From: Candidatus Magasanikiibacteriota bacterium
Lineage (GTDB): Bacteria; Patescibacteriota; Patescibacteriia; Magasanikbacterales; GWA2-37-8
Reading direction: 5' to 3'
DNA: 64,000 nt
Assembly: GCA_041666745.1 (NCBI GenBank)
Contig: JBAYGI010000005.1
Coordinates: forward strand, 7,748 to 71,747
Shown here piece by piece: positions 9,349-18,663 of this stretch. A model generated the notes under the pieces. The model worked only from the letters and a program-made list of their open reading frames with translations. It searched no databases and had not been told where the DNA came from. Each line of letters begins with the position of its first letter. Within the stretch, counting starts at the first letter, position 1. A program made the translations under genes and the position numbers.

Positions 9349-10431
9349 TTATAGCACACGACCTACCAACCGATCAATCGTACCAGTGATTTCTTCCGGT
9401 TTGGCTATTGGCATTACATTTGTTATTTTTTTACCCAATCTTCTTTTTTCGATATCATCGGCCAACAACTCTTTGATCAGTTTGGCTAAATAATTTCCAT
9501 CGGCTGTACGCTCATCAACAAAAATAGCCGCTTTTTCATCCGCGATAAATTTTACATTATCATATTGATGACCGGGTTTCGGGATTAAAATAGCCGGTTT
9601 GGACAAAGCCGCAATCTCACTAATCGATCCAAAACCACCGCGTGAAATTATGACATCAGCAATCGCATAGGCATCGGCCATTTCGTCGGTAAAAAATTGG
9701 TAGTGATGATAAAAATCAAAAAATTTTGAAGCGTGATCGACTAATTCCTGAGTCCGTTCTTTGCCTGAAAGATGAATTATTTCACAAACTCCTTGAAGGT
9801 GCGAAATGGATTCCACCACCAACTGATTTATTCTAAAAGATCCGGTACCGCCACCCATCGCGAAAATTACCGGCAAATCCGAATGAATATTGAATCTTTT
9901 TTTGGCACACTCTTTATCTCCTTGTAAAATTTGGGAACGAACCGGGTTGCCCAGCCAGACGGTTTTGTCTTGATTGAACTCGGGTAGATTTTTTTTCAAA
10001 GCTACCGTAATCGTATCAGCAAATGGAGCCATCAGTTTGTTCGCCAAACCAATTTGCCAGTCTTGTTGGTGAATCCATTGTGGAATACCGAGCAATGCCC
10101 CCGCCCAATGCAAAGGCACACTCACAAATCCACCGGCAGAAATCAAAAGATCCGGCTTTTCTTTCATTAAAAAAAAGAATGATTGAAAAAATCCAATCAC
10201 CACTAAAAAAATATCAAAAATATTCCAAATGGAAAAATATCGGCGCCATTTTCCGGAAGTCAACGCAACAAATCTAATTTGATTTTTTTCAACAAATTCT
10301 TTTTCAAGACCATTTTTGGTACCAACCCAAACAAATTCAGTATCCAGATATTTTTGAGCATAAACCTCCGCCACCGCAAGTAACGGCGTCACCGGCCCCA
10401 ACGTTCCCCCACCAGAAAAAATAATTTTCAT
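9349..10431 (-). CDS. murG: Undecaprenyl-PP-MurNAc-pentapeptide GlcNAc transferase MurG
   Basis: SGGGTLG, GGFVSVP, GNPVR, ISRGG motifs. Confidence 0.92.
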   Translation of the reverse strand: MKIIFSGGGTLGPVTPLLAVAEVYAQKYLDTEFVWVGTKNGLEKEFVEKNQIRFVALTSGKWRRYFSIWNIFDIFLVVIGFFQSFFFLMKEKPDLLISAGGFVSVPLHWAGALLGIPQWIHQQDWQIGLANKLMAPFADTITVALKKNLPEFNQDKTVWLGNPVRSQILQGDKECAKKRFNIHSDLPVIFAMGGGTGSFRINQLVVESISHLQGVCEIIHLSGKERTQELVDHASKFFDFYHHYQFFTDEMADAYAIADVIISRGGFGSISEIAALSKPAILIPKPGHQYDNVKFIADEKAAIFVDERTADGNYLAKLIKELLADDIEKRRLGKKITNVMPIAKPEEITGTIDRLVGRVL

Positions 10432-10453
10432 AAATATTAAAGAGAGAGGAAGA

Positions 10454-10544
10454 ATCCCAGTCGGTTATTTTTTGCGGGTTATGAGCCGAGGCTCATCCTT
10501 TCGACCTCGCGGTCGAAAAAAGCAAAAAAATAACCGACTGGGAT
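10454..10544. repeat. Nested inverted-repeat element
   Basis: ~22-bp arms atcccagtcggttattttttgc / gcaaaaaaataaccgactgggat enclosing two small hairpins. Confidence 0.75.
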
Positions 10545-10552
10545 GATAAAAA

Positions 10553-11905
10553 CTAGTAATCCTTTAGTTTAGAGATAAGATCAGAATGTTGAATTTTTTC
10601 CAGTGCTTTTGCTTCAATCTGACGAATACGTTCACGCGTCACCCCAAATTCCTGACCCACTTCCTCCAAGGTATGCGTAACCCCATCCCCCAATCCAAAC
10701 CTCATTTCCAAGATTTTCTGCTCACGTGGAGACAAAGATTTGATTGCCTCTTTGACATAGTCACGCAACAATTGCAAACCGGCCGCACGATCCGGTGAAA
10801 CATTTTTGACATCTTCAATAAAATCACCGAGTTGAGTATCTTCATCATCATCACCAACAGAAACATCAAGCGATACAGTATCCTGCGAAATTTTTATAAT
10901 ATGATTAATTTTTTCCACTTCTTCACCCATTTCAGCTGCTAATTCTTCCGGGGTAGGATCACGTCCCAAATCCTGAGTAAGACGACGCTGTACTTGTTGA
11001 AAACGATTGATTGTTTCCACCATATGCACCGGAATACGAATAGTGCGCGACTGATCAGCCAAAGCACGAGTGATCGCCTGACGAATCCACCAAGTAGCAT
11101 AAGTAGAAAATTTGTAGCCTTTGCGATGATCAAATTTTTTCACCGCTCTAAACAAACCGATATTTCCTTCTTGAATCAAATCTAACAGAGACAGGCTTTT
11201 ACCAACAAATTTTTTGGCAATCGAAACTACCAAACGCAAGTTGGCCTCAATGATTTTTCGCTCGGCCGCTTTGTCTCCGCGTTCTTTTCGTTTGGCCAAA
11301 GATACTTCTTGTTCGCCAGTCAATAGTGGAATTTTTCCAATTTCACGCAAATACATTTGGATTGAGTCCGAAGAAATTTCTCCCAAATCAAAAGGCACAT
11401 CCATATCCGGCTGTTCACCTTGAAACTCTTTCAAAACTTCTTGATTTTGTTGTTTGACTCCCAAAATACTTTGATTGGACTCCACCACACTGACACCATT
11501 TCTTTCGATCGCATCCAAAAAACCTTCATAGAGATCCAGATACAACTCCGGTCGCTTCATCAGCCCCAACATTTCCACGTCGGTAATAAAACCACGATGT
11601 CTACCTTTGTTTATCAATCTATAAAGATCATCGTTGGTTGGTTCAACTTCCGGTTCTGCTTCTGCAACCAGCGCTGTTCTTTTTTGTAAAAATTTTCCTT
11701 TTTTAAAAGGTTTTTCTTTTGGTAATTTAAAAATTTTCTTGCCGGCTATTTTGGGCGCTGGTTTACCAACCGTTTTATGCGCCACTTTTTTGATCACCAC
11801 TTCCTTTTTTTTAAACAACTTAACAACCGATTTTTTAATTGGTTTGATGTGAACAATTTTTTTTACTAATATTTTTTTCTTCGGTTGTTTTACCTTTTTT
11901 TGCAT
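10553..11905 (-). CDS. rpoD: Primary sigma factor RpoD with Lys-rich N-terminal extension
   Basis: [64 protein letters not shown]. Confidence 0.97.
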   Translation of the reverse strand: MQKKVKQPKKKILVKKIVHIKPIKKSVVKLFKKKEVVIKKVAHKTVGKPAPKIAGKKIFKLPKEKPFKKGKFLQKRTALVAEAEPEVEPTNDDLYRLINKGRHRGFITDVEMLGLMKRPELYLDLYEGFLDAIERNGVSVVESNQSILGVKQQNQEVLKEFQGEQPDMDVPFDLGEISSDSIQMYLREIGKIPLLTGEQEVSLAKRKERGDKAAERKIIEANLRLVVSIAKKFVGKSLSLLDLIQEGNIGLFRAVKKFDHRKGYKFSTYATWWIRQAITRALADQSRTIRIPVHMVETINRFQQVQRRLTQDLGRDPTPEELAAEMGEEVEKINHIIKISQDTVSLDVSVGDDDEDTQLGDFIEDVKNVSPDRAAGLQLLRDYVKEAIKSLSPREQKILEMRFGLGDGVTHTLEEVGQEFGVTRERIRQIEAKALEKIQHSDLISKLKDY

Positions 11906-11920
11906 AAAATCTATAACTAA

Positions 11921-14866
11921 TTAAATACTTTGAAGTTCGATTAATAATTTTTCCATCTGTTGTTTGTCCGGATTTTTTTCAGCTGAAACCAACGCTAATT
12001 CTTGACCGATTTGTTTTCTTCTTTTTTTTGACCATTCATCTTTTATTTGCACTATCAATTCGGCCAACTCATCTTTAATCGAATCTTCTTCAATATTTTC
12101 CACCTGAATTTGGGCGATCATTTTTAAATTCTCAAAATCATCTTTGGATTCTGATTCATCAAAAAAACTTCGCCAAACTTCAACAGTATTGGCTTGGTTA
12201 GTATTATAATGTTTTTTTATGATTTCGTAAAGGTGTCCATAAAAACTCCCCTGCCAGCAACCGTCTTTTAAACCTGACCACAAAGAATTGATATATTGCG
12301 GAGAAAAAATCAAAATCATCAAAAATCTTTTTAACAACATGTCCAATCTATCCAAATCCGCCGCGCTTTTACTGTTTTCTTTATCTTTATTCTCTAGATT
12401 ATTTTTTTTGTTTTTGTCAAAACGTTTTATGTCATCTCTCAACACCGACGTGTCCGTACCCAATCTTCCCGCCAACTCTTTTAACCAGTAGTCTCTTTCG
12501 ACTGCAAACGGGATTAAATTGATAATCGGCAAAAGTTCATTGGCAATTTTTTGCTTGGCTTTTGGTTCAGAAGTATTTTTATTTAAAAAAGCCATTTCGA
12601 AAAACCAATGTAATACATCATCGGAATTTTTTACCGCCAAAAACCATACCTCCGGATTTTGTTTCAAACATTCATCGGCATCTTTTCCTTTTCCTTCCGG
12701 AATACGAATCGCTTTCACATTCAATCCCTCACCTAGAGCGATATCTATTCCGCGCTTCGCCGCTGCCACTCCGGCCGAATCACCGTCAAACGCCATGGCG
12801 ATATTGTTGGAATAGCGTTTGAGTAATTTTATTTGTTCTAGAGATAGAGCCGTACCGGAAGATGCCACCACATTTTTCATCCCCGCCTGATGACAAGCGA
12901 TCACATCCATTTGCCCCTCTACTAATACAACCAGATCCTGTGCTTTTATTTCAGTTTTGGCTTTGTCCAAACCATAGATCACTCGCGACTTGTCATAAAC
13001 CAAAGTTTGCGGTGTGTTTACATATTTTCCGCCACTATTTTCGGTCTCTACCAAAACTCGTCCGGTAAAACCAACTACATTTCCATGCACATCCCAAATC
13101 GGAAACATTATTCGTCCGCGGAAACGATCGTAAAATCCTTGTCCGGCGCGCGCCACATCTTTTTTTATTACCAAACCGGCCGCCACCAAATCATCGACTC
13201 CGATTCCTTTTTTTAAAAAATATTTTGTTAATAAATCCCACTGATCCGGGATAAAACCAATTTGCCATTTTTCGATTGTTTCTTTTTTCAAACCACGTTT
13301 TTCCAAATATTCACGCGCACCTTTGGCACCTTCCATCTCAGTCAAAATATGATGAAAAAAATAAGCCGCCTTTTGGTTGATTTCCAAAATGCGATTTTTT
13401 TGACTTTTATCTATTTCACTTCGATAGTTATCTATTTTTACCCCGGCGCGATCAGCCAATAATTTCAAAGTTTCAGGAAAATCCAGCCCCTCCATCTCTT
13501 GTACAAAAGAAAAAATATCTCCACCTTTTCCGCAATTACTAACTGCAAAATTCTCGGTCAAATACGAATGATCTTGTGATACGGTCAGATTAAAAACTGG
13601 CCCTTCAAAACTAGAACTTGTAATTTTTTTAATCGGATAGATAACAAACTTAGTCTCGCCATCCACCAGCCAATCCGTATATTTCGCTTGGACATCCTCG
13701 TACCACATTACATGGTATGACTTTTTATGATGGACTCCACGCTTATCCGTTTTTTCTTGATGTTGAAAAATACTAGGGATAATATTCAATCTCAACAATA
13801 TTTCCTTTAGTTGAAAAACTAAACTGTGTGATATCGTACTAACACTCCTATAATCAGGTCTTGATTTTTTACCACCTTTACTATTATGTCCGTCCCCTCG
13901 AAATATAGCTTCCAACAATATCCTTTGTTTACTAAAAGGCAGATACTCCCAACCATAAGGGATATGTTTATTGGCCGCGCCTTTGCCACATAAATTTTCA
14001 AAAATATTTGCTAAATTTGAATTACAACATGTTATTTCCAATCCAGTTTTTTTACCAGAACGTTTATGAATTGAAGCATTAATATTAAAAATGTTTTTAC
14101 ATAATTCAACAATATCCTGTGCGAATACCGGTTCATGACTGCCAACACTAAATCTTATATATCCACGATGATTACTACCTTCGGCTATCCAATAACCCAC
14201 TAATTTCAAAAAATCTTCGTTAATTTTTATATATTTAGGTAGCGCAAAAATCTTTTTGCCGACATTTTTTTTACCACGATTAAGATAATCAAAAAGTTTA
14301 ATTCTATTAATTTTAATTACTTTATCAACGACAGGATACAATAAATAATCATTCAATTTTAATTCGCCAGCGGAAATTTCTTCTATTTTATAACCTCTAA
14401 AAAATTTATGCGGGCAATTTTGTTTGCATTGTTTTTGGCACAATCTAGTCGCTCTTGATTTCTGTATACAATTCTTAGTTCTAACACAAAACACTTTGTG
14501 ATCATTTGTAATTTTTACTGGCATGTTTGATTTACGAATATATATTTGTCTTAACCCTCCCGAATAATTTCTAATCAGAGCACGAACAACATTGCATAAC
14601 TGTCCTTTGTGAGTATAAACAGAATCACCCACTTTAATATCCTCTATTTTGGTATGTCCACATTTAGTACGAATGAATGTTCCTGCCGGAAAACAACCAA
14701 AACATTTCCAAATTTGCTTTTCGGAATTGACCATGAAAGACGGCGTTTTTTCCTTGTGAAAAGGACACGGCGCTTTCCAATAAATGCCAGCTTTTTTGAG
14801 TGGCACATATTCTTGGATGGTCTGCACAATGTCAAGTTTTTCTTTGATGAGTTGAGTATCAGCCAT
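11921..14866 (-). CDS. dnaG: DNA primase DnaG containing an intein
   Basis: CPFH..TPSF..CFG zinc finger, FRGRIMFP, KYVNTP, VEGQMDVI, FDGDSAG, KDAD; upstream of rpoD. Confidence 0.96.
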   Translation of the reverse strand: MADTQLIKEKLDIVQTIQEYVPLKKAGIYWKAPCPFHKEKTPSFMVNSEKQIWKCFGCFPAGTFIRTKCGHTKIEDIKVGDSVYTHKGQLCNVVRALIRNYSGGLRQIYIRKSNMPVKITNDHKVFCVRTKNCIQKSRATRLCQKQCKQNCPHKFFRGYKIEEISAGELKLNDYLLYPVVDKVIKINRIKLFDYLNRGKKNVGKKIFALPKYIKINEDFLKLVGYWIAEGSNHRGYIRFSVGSHEPVFAQDIVELCKNIFNINASIHKRSGKKTGLEITCCNSNLANIFENLCGKGAANKHIPYGWEYLPFSKQRILLEAIFRGDGHNSKGGKKSRPDYRSVSTISHSLVFQLKEILLRLNIIPSIFQHQEKTDKRGVHHKKSYHVMWYEDVQAKYTDWLVDGETKFVIYPIKKITSSSFEGPVFNLTVSQDHSYLTENFAVSNCGKGGDIFSFVQEMEGLDFPETLKLLADRAGVKIDNYRSEIDKSQKNRILEINQKAAYFFHHILTEMEGAKGAREYLEKRGLKKETIEKWQIGFIPDQWDLLTKYFLKKGIGVDDLVAAGLVIKKDVARAGQGFYDRFRGRIMFPIWDVHGNVVGFTGRVLVETENSGGKYVNTPQTLVYDKSRVIYGLDKAKTEIKAQDLVVLVEGQMDVIACHQAGMKNVVASSGTALSLEQIKLLKRYSNNIAMAFDGDSAGVAAAKRGIDIALGEGLNVKAIRIPEGKGKDADECLKQNPEVWFLAVKNSDDVLHWFFEMAFLNKNTSEPKAKQKIANELLPIINLIPFAVERDYWLKELAGRLGTDTSVLRDDIKRFDKNKKNNLENKDKENSKSAADLDRLDMLLKRFLMILIFSPQYINSLWSGLKDGCWQGSFYGHLYEIIKKHYNTNQANTVEVWRSFFDESESKDDFENLKMIAQIQVENIEEDSIKDELAELIVQIKDEWSKKRRKQIGQELALVSAEKNPDKQQMEKLLIELQSI
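13535..14695 (-). mobile_element. Intein (387 aa) with LAGLIDADG homing endonuclease in the DnaG zinc-binding domain
   Basis: Starts CFPAGT; ITNDHKVF block B; LVGYWIAEGS and LLEAIFRGDG endonuclease motifs; VFNLTV..DHSY block F; ends VSN/C; removal restores WKCFG-CGKGG. Confidence 0.93.
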
Positions 14867-14938
14867 ATACCATTAATTTAACACTGTTTACTATAAAAAA
14901 CAAGAGCAGGTCCAAACCAAAAACGAACGCTTAAATAC

Positions 14939-14967
14939 TTGACAAAAGTGAGAAAAAATGATAGGTT
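14939..14967 (+). promoter_or_regulatory. Sigma70-type promoter for the high-GC island
   Basis: TTGACA-17 nt-TAGGTT with TG extended -10. Confidence 0.6.
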
Positions 14968-15056
14968 TGGCCCATCCTCAGACGAGTGTTTGGAGGAAGT
15001 TCTGCATACCAACGCAGAATCTAGTTCCCTGACAATTCACAAGGCAGGAAAAATAC

Positions 15057-15554
15057 ATGCTTCCCAGTTTTCACTTGACCGACCTGTTCTTTTGGGTCGG
15101 ATTTCTTTTCCTTTTGCTCTTCGCGGGATACCATCTCATCATCTCCTGGCTTCGACGAGTGGATTCTTTCTCGAAGATCCAGGGAGACGTGAGTGTTGAA
15201 CGGACAATCCGTCACTTCCTGCGACCGGCCATCCTGACACTCCTAGCTATCACTGCGCTCATTTGCGTCACCATCGGCCAGGGCTCGCAGGCGAGCACGC
15301 AGAACGCCTCGCTCAATCCCGAGATGAAGGTCCGCGACGACTTCGTCAAGGCACAACAGGAGGAAGCCAAGACGGTGACCCCCAAGACTGTGCCAGCGAT
15401 GGAAGCCGAACGGAAACAGGTGGAGGAGACAAAGCGCAAACAGGCGGAGGAAGATGCGCGACGTCGCCAGGAACAGTCCGGCGAGGCGCTCAAGAACTTC
15501 CGCCAGCGAGTCATGGAGCGTGGCATCAATCCAACGGACATCACCACACCGTAG
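15057..15554 (+). CDS. Hypothetical membrane protein (two TM segments plus coiled coil), high GC
   Basis: AGGA RBS upstream; hydrophobic N-terminal segments, charged C-terminus. Confidence 0.7.
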   Translation: MLPSFHLTDLFFWVGFLFLLLFAGYHLIISWLRRVDSFSKIQGDVSVERTIRHFLRPAILTLLAITALICVTIGQGSQASTQNASLNPEMKVRDDFVKAQQEEAKTVTPKTVPAMEAERKQVEETKRKQAEEDARRRQEQSGEALKNFRQRVMERGINPTDITTP

Positions 15555-15605
15555 CACAGAGCTTCGGTTCGGGTTTCCGTTTTTCAAGACAAGAGGAGAA
15601 TTCAG

Positions 15606-16655
15606 ATGAAGAGCTTTTCGATTCGCGCCGCAATCGCACTGATGGCGGCAATCACTCTCTCCACCCTCGCCGGCTGTGAGGGCTGTACCGGACGGGTTCC
15701 GGGCGGCTACGTCGGCATGGTCATGACCCCGAGCGGGTTTAACGGGGACATCCTTGCTCCCGGCAATCACTCCTGCTACGGCAAAGACAGGATGTACCTG
15801 CTCGAAGTGAGCGACACCCAGAAGGCCGTCGAGATCAACCAGTTGACCACCGACAAGATCAACTTCAAGGCGTCCATCGGAGTGCTTTTCTCGGTGGATC
15901 GTGGCAACAAGCAGGCGATCAAAGACGCGTTCGACAACCTCACGGCGGTGCAAACGGCCGACGCGAAGGTGTTCGTAATCTCCGCCGAGTATCTTTTCAA
16001 GACCTACGTCATGGCGATTGCGGACGAGCAGGGAAGAAAAGTATATTCAAGATACGAATCTTCAGAGGTGGTGTCCAACCGCTCGAAGATTGTCGAGGAG
16101 GTCCGAACCGGAGTCGTGACGGCCTTCCAGAACGGCCTAGTCAAGATCAAGCAGGTCACGGTCAACAACGATGACTTTCCGCACGACGTGAATATGTCTT
16201 GGGAGGCGCGTGCCAGGAAGATCATCGACACCGAGACCGAAAAGGCCGAGCAAACCCGACAACTGATCATCAAGAACAATGAGTTGGCGCTGGAGACACT
16301 CAATTACCAGATCGACTTGGTCAAGGCGGCGAACGTCGCCGACTCGAACAAGATCATCGGCTCGTCCATCACGCCCGAGTATCTGGCATACCAACAGATC
16401 AAGGTCATGGGCGACGCGGCCAAGGGTCCGAACAACTGGGGATTCATCCCCTTCACGGACTATGCCAACGGCAAGGTCAACGGTGGCCCGGCCGACCGCC
16501 TGACAAGCAAAGGTCTGGTCGACGCCGAGCTGATCAAGAGGATTCAGGATGCGCGCCAGAAAGGCGCCGACGCCAAAGCCCAACAGGACAAGGCCAAGGC
16601 ACCCACGGCACCGCCTCCCGCCGATCCTCCGGCGGCCGCTCCTGCCACTCCGTAG
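15606..16655 (+). CDS. SPFH/band-7 domain lipoprotein, high GC
   Basis: GAGGAG RBS; lipobox LAGC; RVPGGYVG..M; A.SNKIIGSSITPEYLAYQQI typical of band-7 lipoproteins. Confidence 0.8.
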   Translation: MKSFSIRAAIALMAAITLSTLAGCEGCTGRVPGGYVGMVMTPSGFNGDILAPGNHSCYGKDRMYLLEVSDTQKAVEINQLTTDKINFKASIGVLFSVDRGNKQAIKDAFDNLTAVQTADAKVFVISAEYLFKTYVMAIADEQGRKVYSRYESSEVVSNRSKIVEEVRTGVVTAFQNGLVKIKQVTVNNDDFPHDVNMSWEARARKIIDTETEKAEQTRQLIIKNNELALETLNYQIDLVKAANVADSNKIIGSSITPEYLAYQQIKVMGDAAKGPNNWGFIPFTDYANGKVNGGPADRLTSKGLVDAELIKRIQDARQKGADAKAQQDKAKAPTAPPPADPPAAAPATP

Positions 16656-16784
16656 ATACTACACTCACCCTCGCCAGCTATCAGGCGTAAGATAGCCGAC
16701 GAAGCTCTTTCCCACCAATACGCCCGGTGACGCGTAAGCGTTCCGGTTCATCCGCCCTGTGCATTTTGTTGGCACGGGGCAATC

Positions 16785-16820
16785 ACAAAAGACACCATTT
16801 CAAATGATGTCTTTTGTTTT
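16785..16820. terminator. Terminator between convergent genes
   Basis: acaaaagacaccattt-c-aaatgatgtcttttgt followed by a T tract. Confidence 0.65.
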
Positions 16821-16823
16821 TAT

Positions 16824-17082
16824 TTATAATTTTATTTTTTTCTGTTTATAACCCTCTAAAATTTTCTGAATTTGTTTTTTGAATTCAGGTAAATCGCTTT
16901 TTACGGTTTTCCAAACTACGAGATCATCTATTTGAAAATATTCATGTATCATTTTATCTCTCATAGTCTTGTGTCTTGCCGGATAATAAAAACTTTTCTT
17001 TGTTTAAATCGGCCACATAACTTTCCACCGCCTCAATGCTTTCAAAAATGTGTTCTAAATAAATTACAGGGTCTTTGCGCAT
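16824..17082 (-). pseudogene. HEPN (DUF86/HepT-like) toxin pseudogene with internal deletion and frameshift
   Basis: First frame MRKDPVIYLEHIFESIEAVESY...GKTQDYER* stops early; a shifted frame gives MRDKMIHEYFQID..VWKTVKSDLP with the RxxxxH motif; the central IGEA segment is missing. Confidence 0.8.
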
Positions 17083-17083
17083 A

Positions 17084-17386
17084 TTAAAATACTCGCACTA
17101 AATCTTTGTTAATATACGGTTTTAATTTTTTATCCACCGAACGAAAAGTAATCACATCAAATTTACGGCCAACTTTTTCTTCCAAAGAATTTTTTAAATT
17201 TACAAAAGCAAATAGGCCAACTTCTTTTTTGAAATCCACCAATAAATCTACGTCACTGTTTTTTCTTTCTTCTCCACGCGCGAACGAACCAAAAATAGAC
17301 GCCCTTTTTACTTGGTGCTTTTTTAAAATCGGAATTATGGATTTTTTTATTTTTTGGCAGGTTGTCATATGTTTGTATATTACCAT
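17084..17386 (-). CDS. Minimal nucleotidyltransferase (MNT antitoxin)
   Basis: IFGSFARGEERKNSDVDLLVDF motif, ~95 aa, directly upstream of HEPN remnant. Confidence 0.9.
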   Translation of the reverse strand: MVIYKHMTTCQKIKKSIIPILKKHQVKRASIFGSFARGEERKNSDVDLLVDFKKEVGLFAFVNLKNSLEEKVGRKFDVITFRSVDKKLKPYINKDLVRVF

Positions 17387-17412
17387 ACCAAAACAGATGT
17401 GTCTATATTTTT

Positions 17413-18660
17413 TTATTCTCTACGCAATGCCTCAATCGGATTCAAATTCGCCGCTTTTTTGGCGGGATAAATTCCGAAGAGCAAACCGACAAAAGCGGAA
17501 AAACCCAATGACAATAAAATGGATGAAATTGGTATGGAATACACCCAAGAAAAATTATAATAGATTGCAATCCAATATACTAAAAGAGCTAATATCGCGC
17601 CCAAAGCAACTCCAACTACTCCGCCTAACAATGTCAAAGTAATCGCCTCGCTTAAAAACTGAAACAAAATATCTTTATTTTTCGCGCCTATCGCTTTGCG
17701 CAAACCGATTTCAAAAGTACGCTCGGAAACCGAAACATACATAATATTCATAATTCCCACCCCACCGACTAACAAAGAAACACAAACCAAAGCAACTAAT
17801 AAAAAGGTCAGACCATTGATTACACCGGACAACATATTCATCGCTTCTTCCATTGTGTTTACCGCAAAATCATCTTTATTTGGATCAGTTATATCATGAT
17901 TGGCGCGAATTATTTCTTCCAAATCGGTAACGGTATTTTTTATTTCATTTTTATCTTTGGCGCGCATAATAATCTCACGCACATAATCTATTCCCAAAAT
18001 TCTTTTCTGCATTGTTTTGGTTGGAATATACATCACATTGTCCATATCCATTCCAAAAATCGCGCCCCGTTTGGCGGCAATACCAACTATTTTGAATGGT
18101 TTTCCTTTTATATATACTGATTTTCCAACCGCGTCATCCTCTCCAAACAATGCGTCTTTGGTAACAGCGCCGATCACCGCCACTTGTGACAAAGAATTTT
18201 CTTCATCTTCGGTAAATAATCTGCCGGCAGATAAATTAAAAACTTCCACCTCTTGTAAATTTGCGCCTTCACCCCAGAGTAATGTGGTTTTGGTTGCTTG
18301 ATTGTATTTCACCACCGCTTGACCAATTACCATACCATACGCGGCGGCGATATTTGGATGTTTTCGAACATCATCAATATCCTTATCTTTTAAAGAAGTG
18401 ATAGTGATACCGGTAGATTGTCCCATCGCATTTTCATTGGAAGTTTTTTTTGTTGAAGGAACTTTTGTTTCAATAGTTATTGTATTGGGAGAATAAATTT
18501 CCAGTTGACCCAATACCAACTTGTCCAAACCTTTTCCAGCGGCCATAATGGTAATAACAACCGCGATTCCAATAGCAATACCAAGCACAGTCAAAAGAGT
18601 GCGTGTTTTTTGCGCTTTTAAAGATGATATAGCGAGTTGTAAATTTGTTTTTAAAAACAT
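17413..18660 (-). CDS. MacB/FtsX-family ABC permease
   Basis: LTVLGIAIGI, VGGVGIMNIMYVSVSERTFEIGLRKAIGA, PAKKAANLNPIEALR. Confidence 0.93.
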   Translation of the reverse strand: MFLKTNLQLAISSLKAQKTRTLLTVLGIAIGIAVVITIMAAGKGLDKLVLGQLEIYSPNTITIETKVPSTKKTSNENAMGQSTGITITSLKDKDIDDVRKHPNIAAAYGMVIGQAVVKYNQATKTTLLWGEGANLQEVEVFNLSAGRLFTEDEENSLSQVAVIGAVTKDALFGEDDAVGKSVYIKGKPFKIVGIAAKRGAIFGMDMDNVMYIPTKTMQKRILGIDYVREIIMRAKDKNEIKNTVTDLEEIIRANHDITDPNKDDFAVNTMEEAMNMLSGVINGLTFLLVALVCVSLLVGGVGIMNIMYVSVSERTFEIGLRKAIGAKNKDILFQFLSEAITLTLLGGVVGVALGAILALLVYWIAIYYNFSWVYSIPISSILLSLGFSAFVGLLFGIYPAKKAANLNPIEALRRE

Positions 18661-18663
18661 ATT

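Noticed and set aside
15021-16583. Long alternative-frame ORFs (for example 15243-15953, minus strand)
   Set aside because: Shadow ORFs expected in high-GC coding DNA; the plus-strand genes have RBSs and recognisable features.
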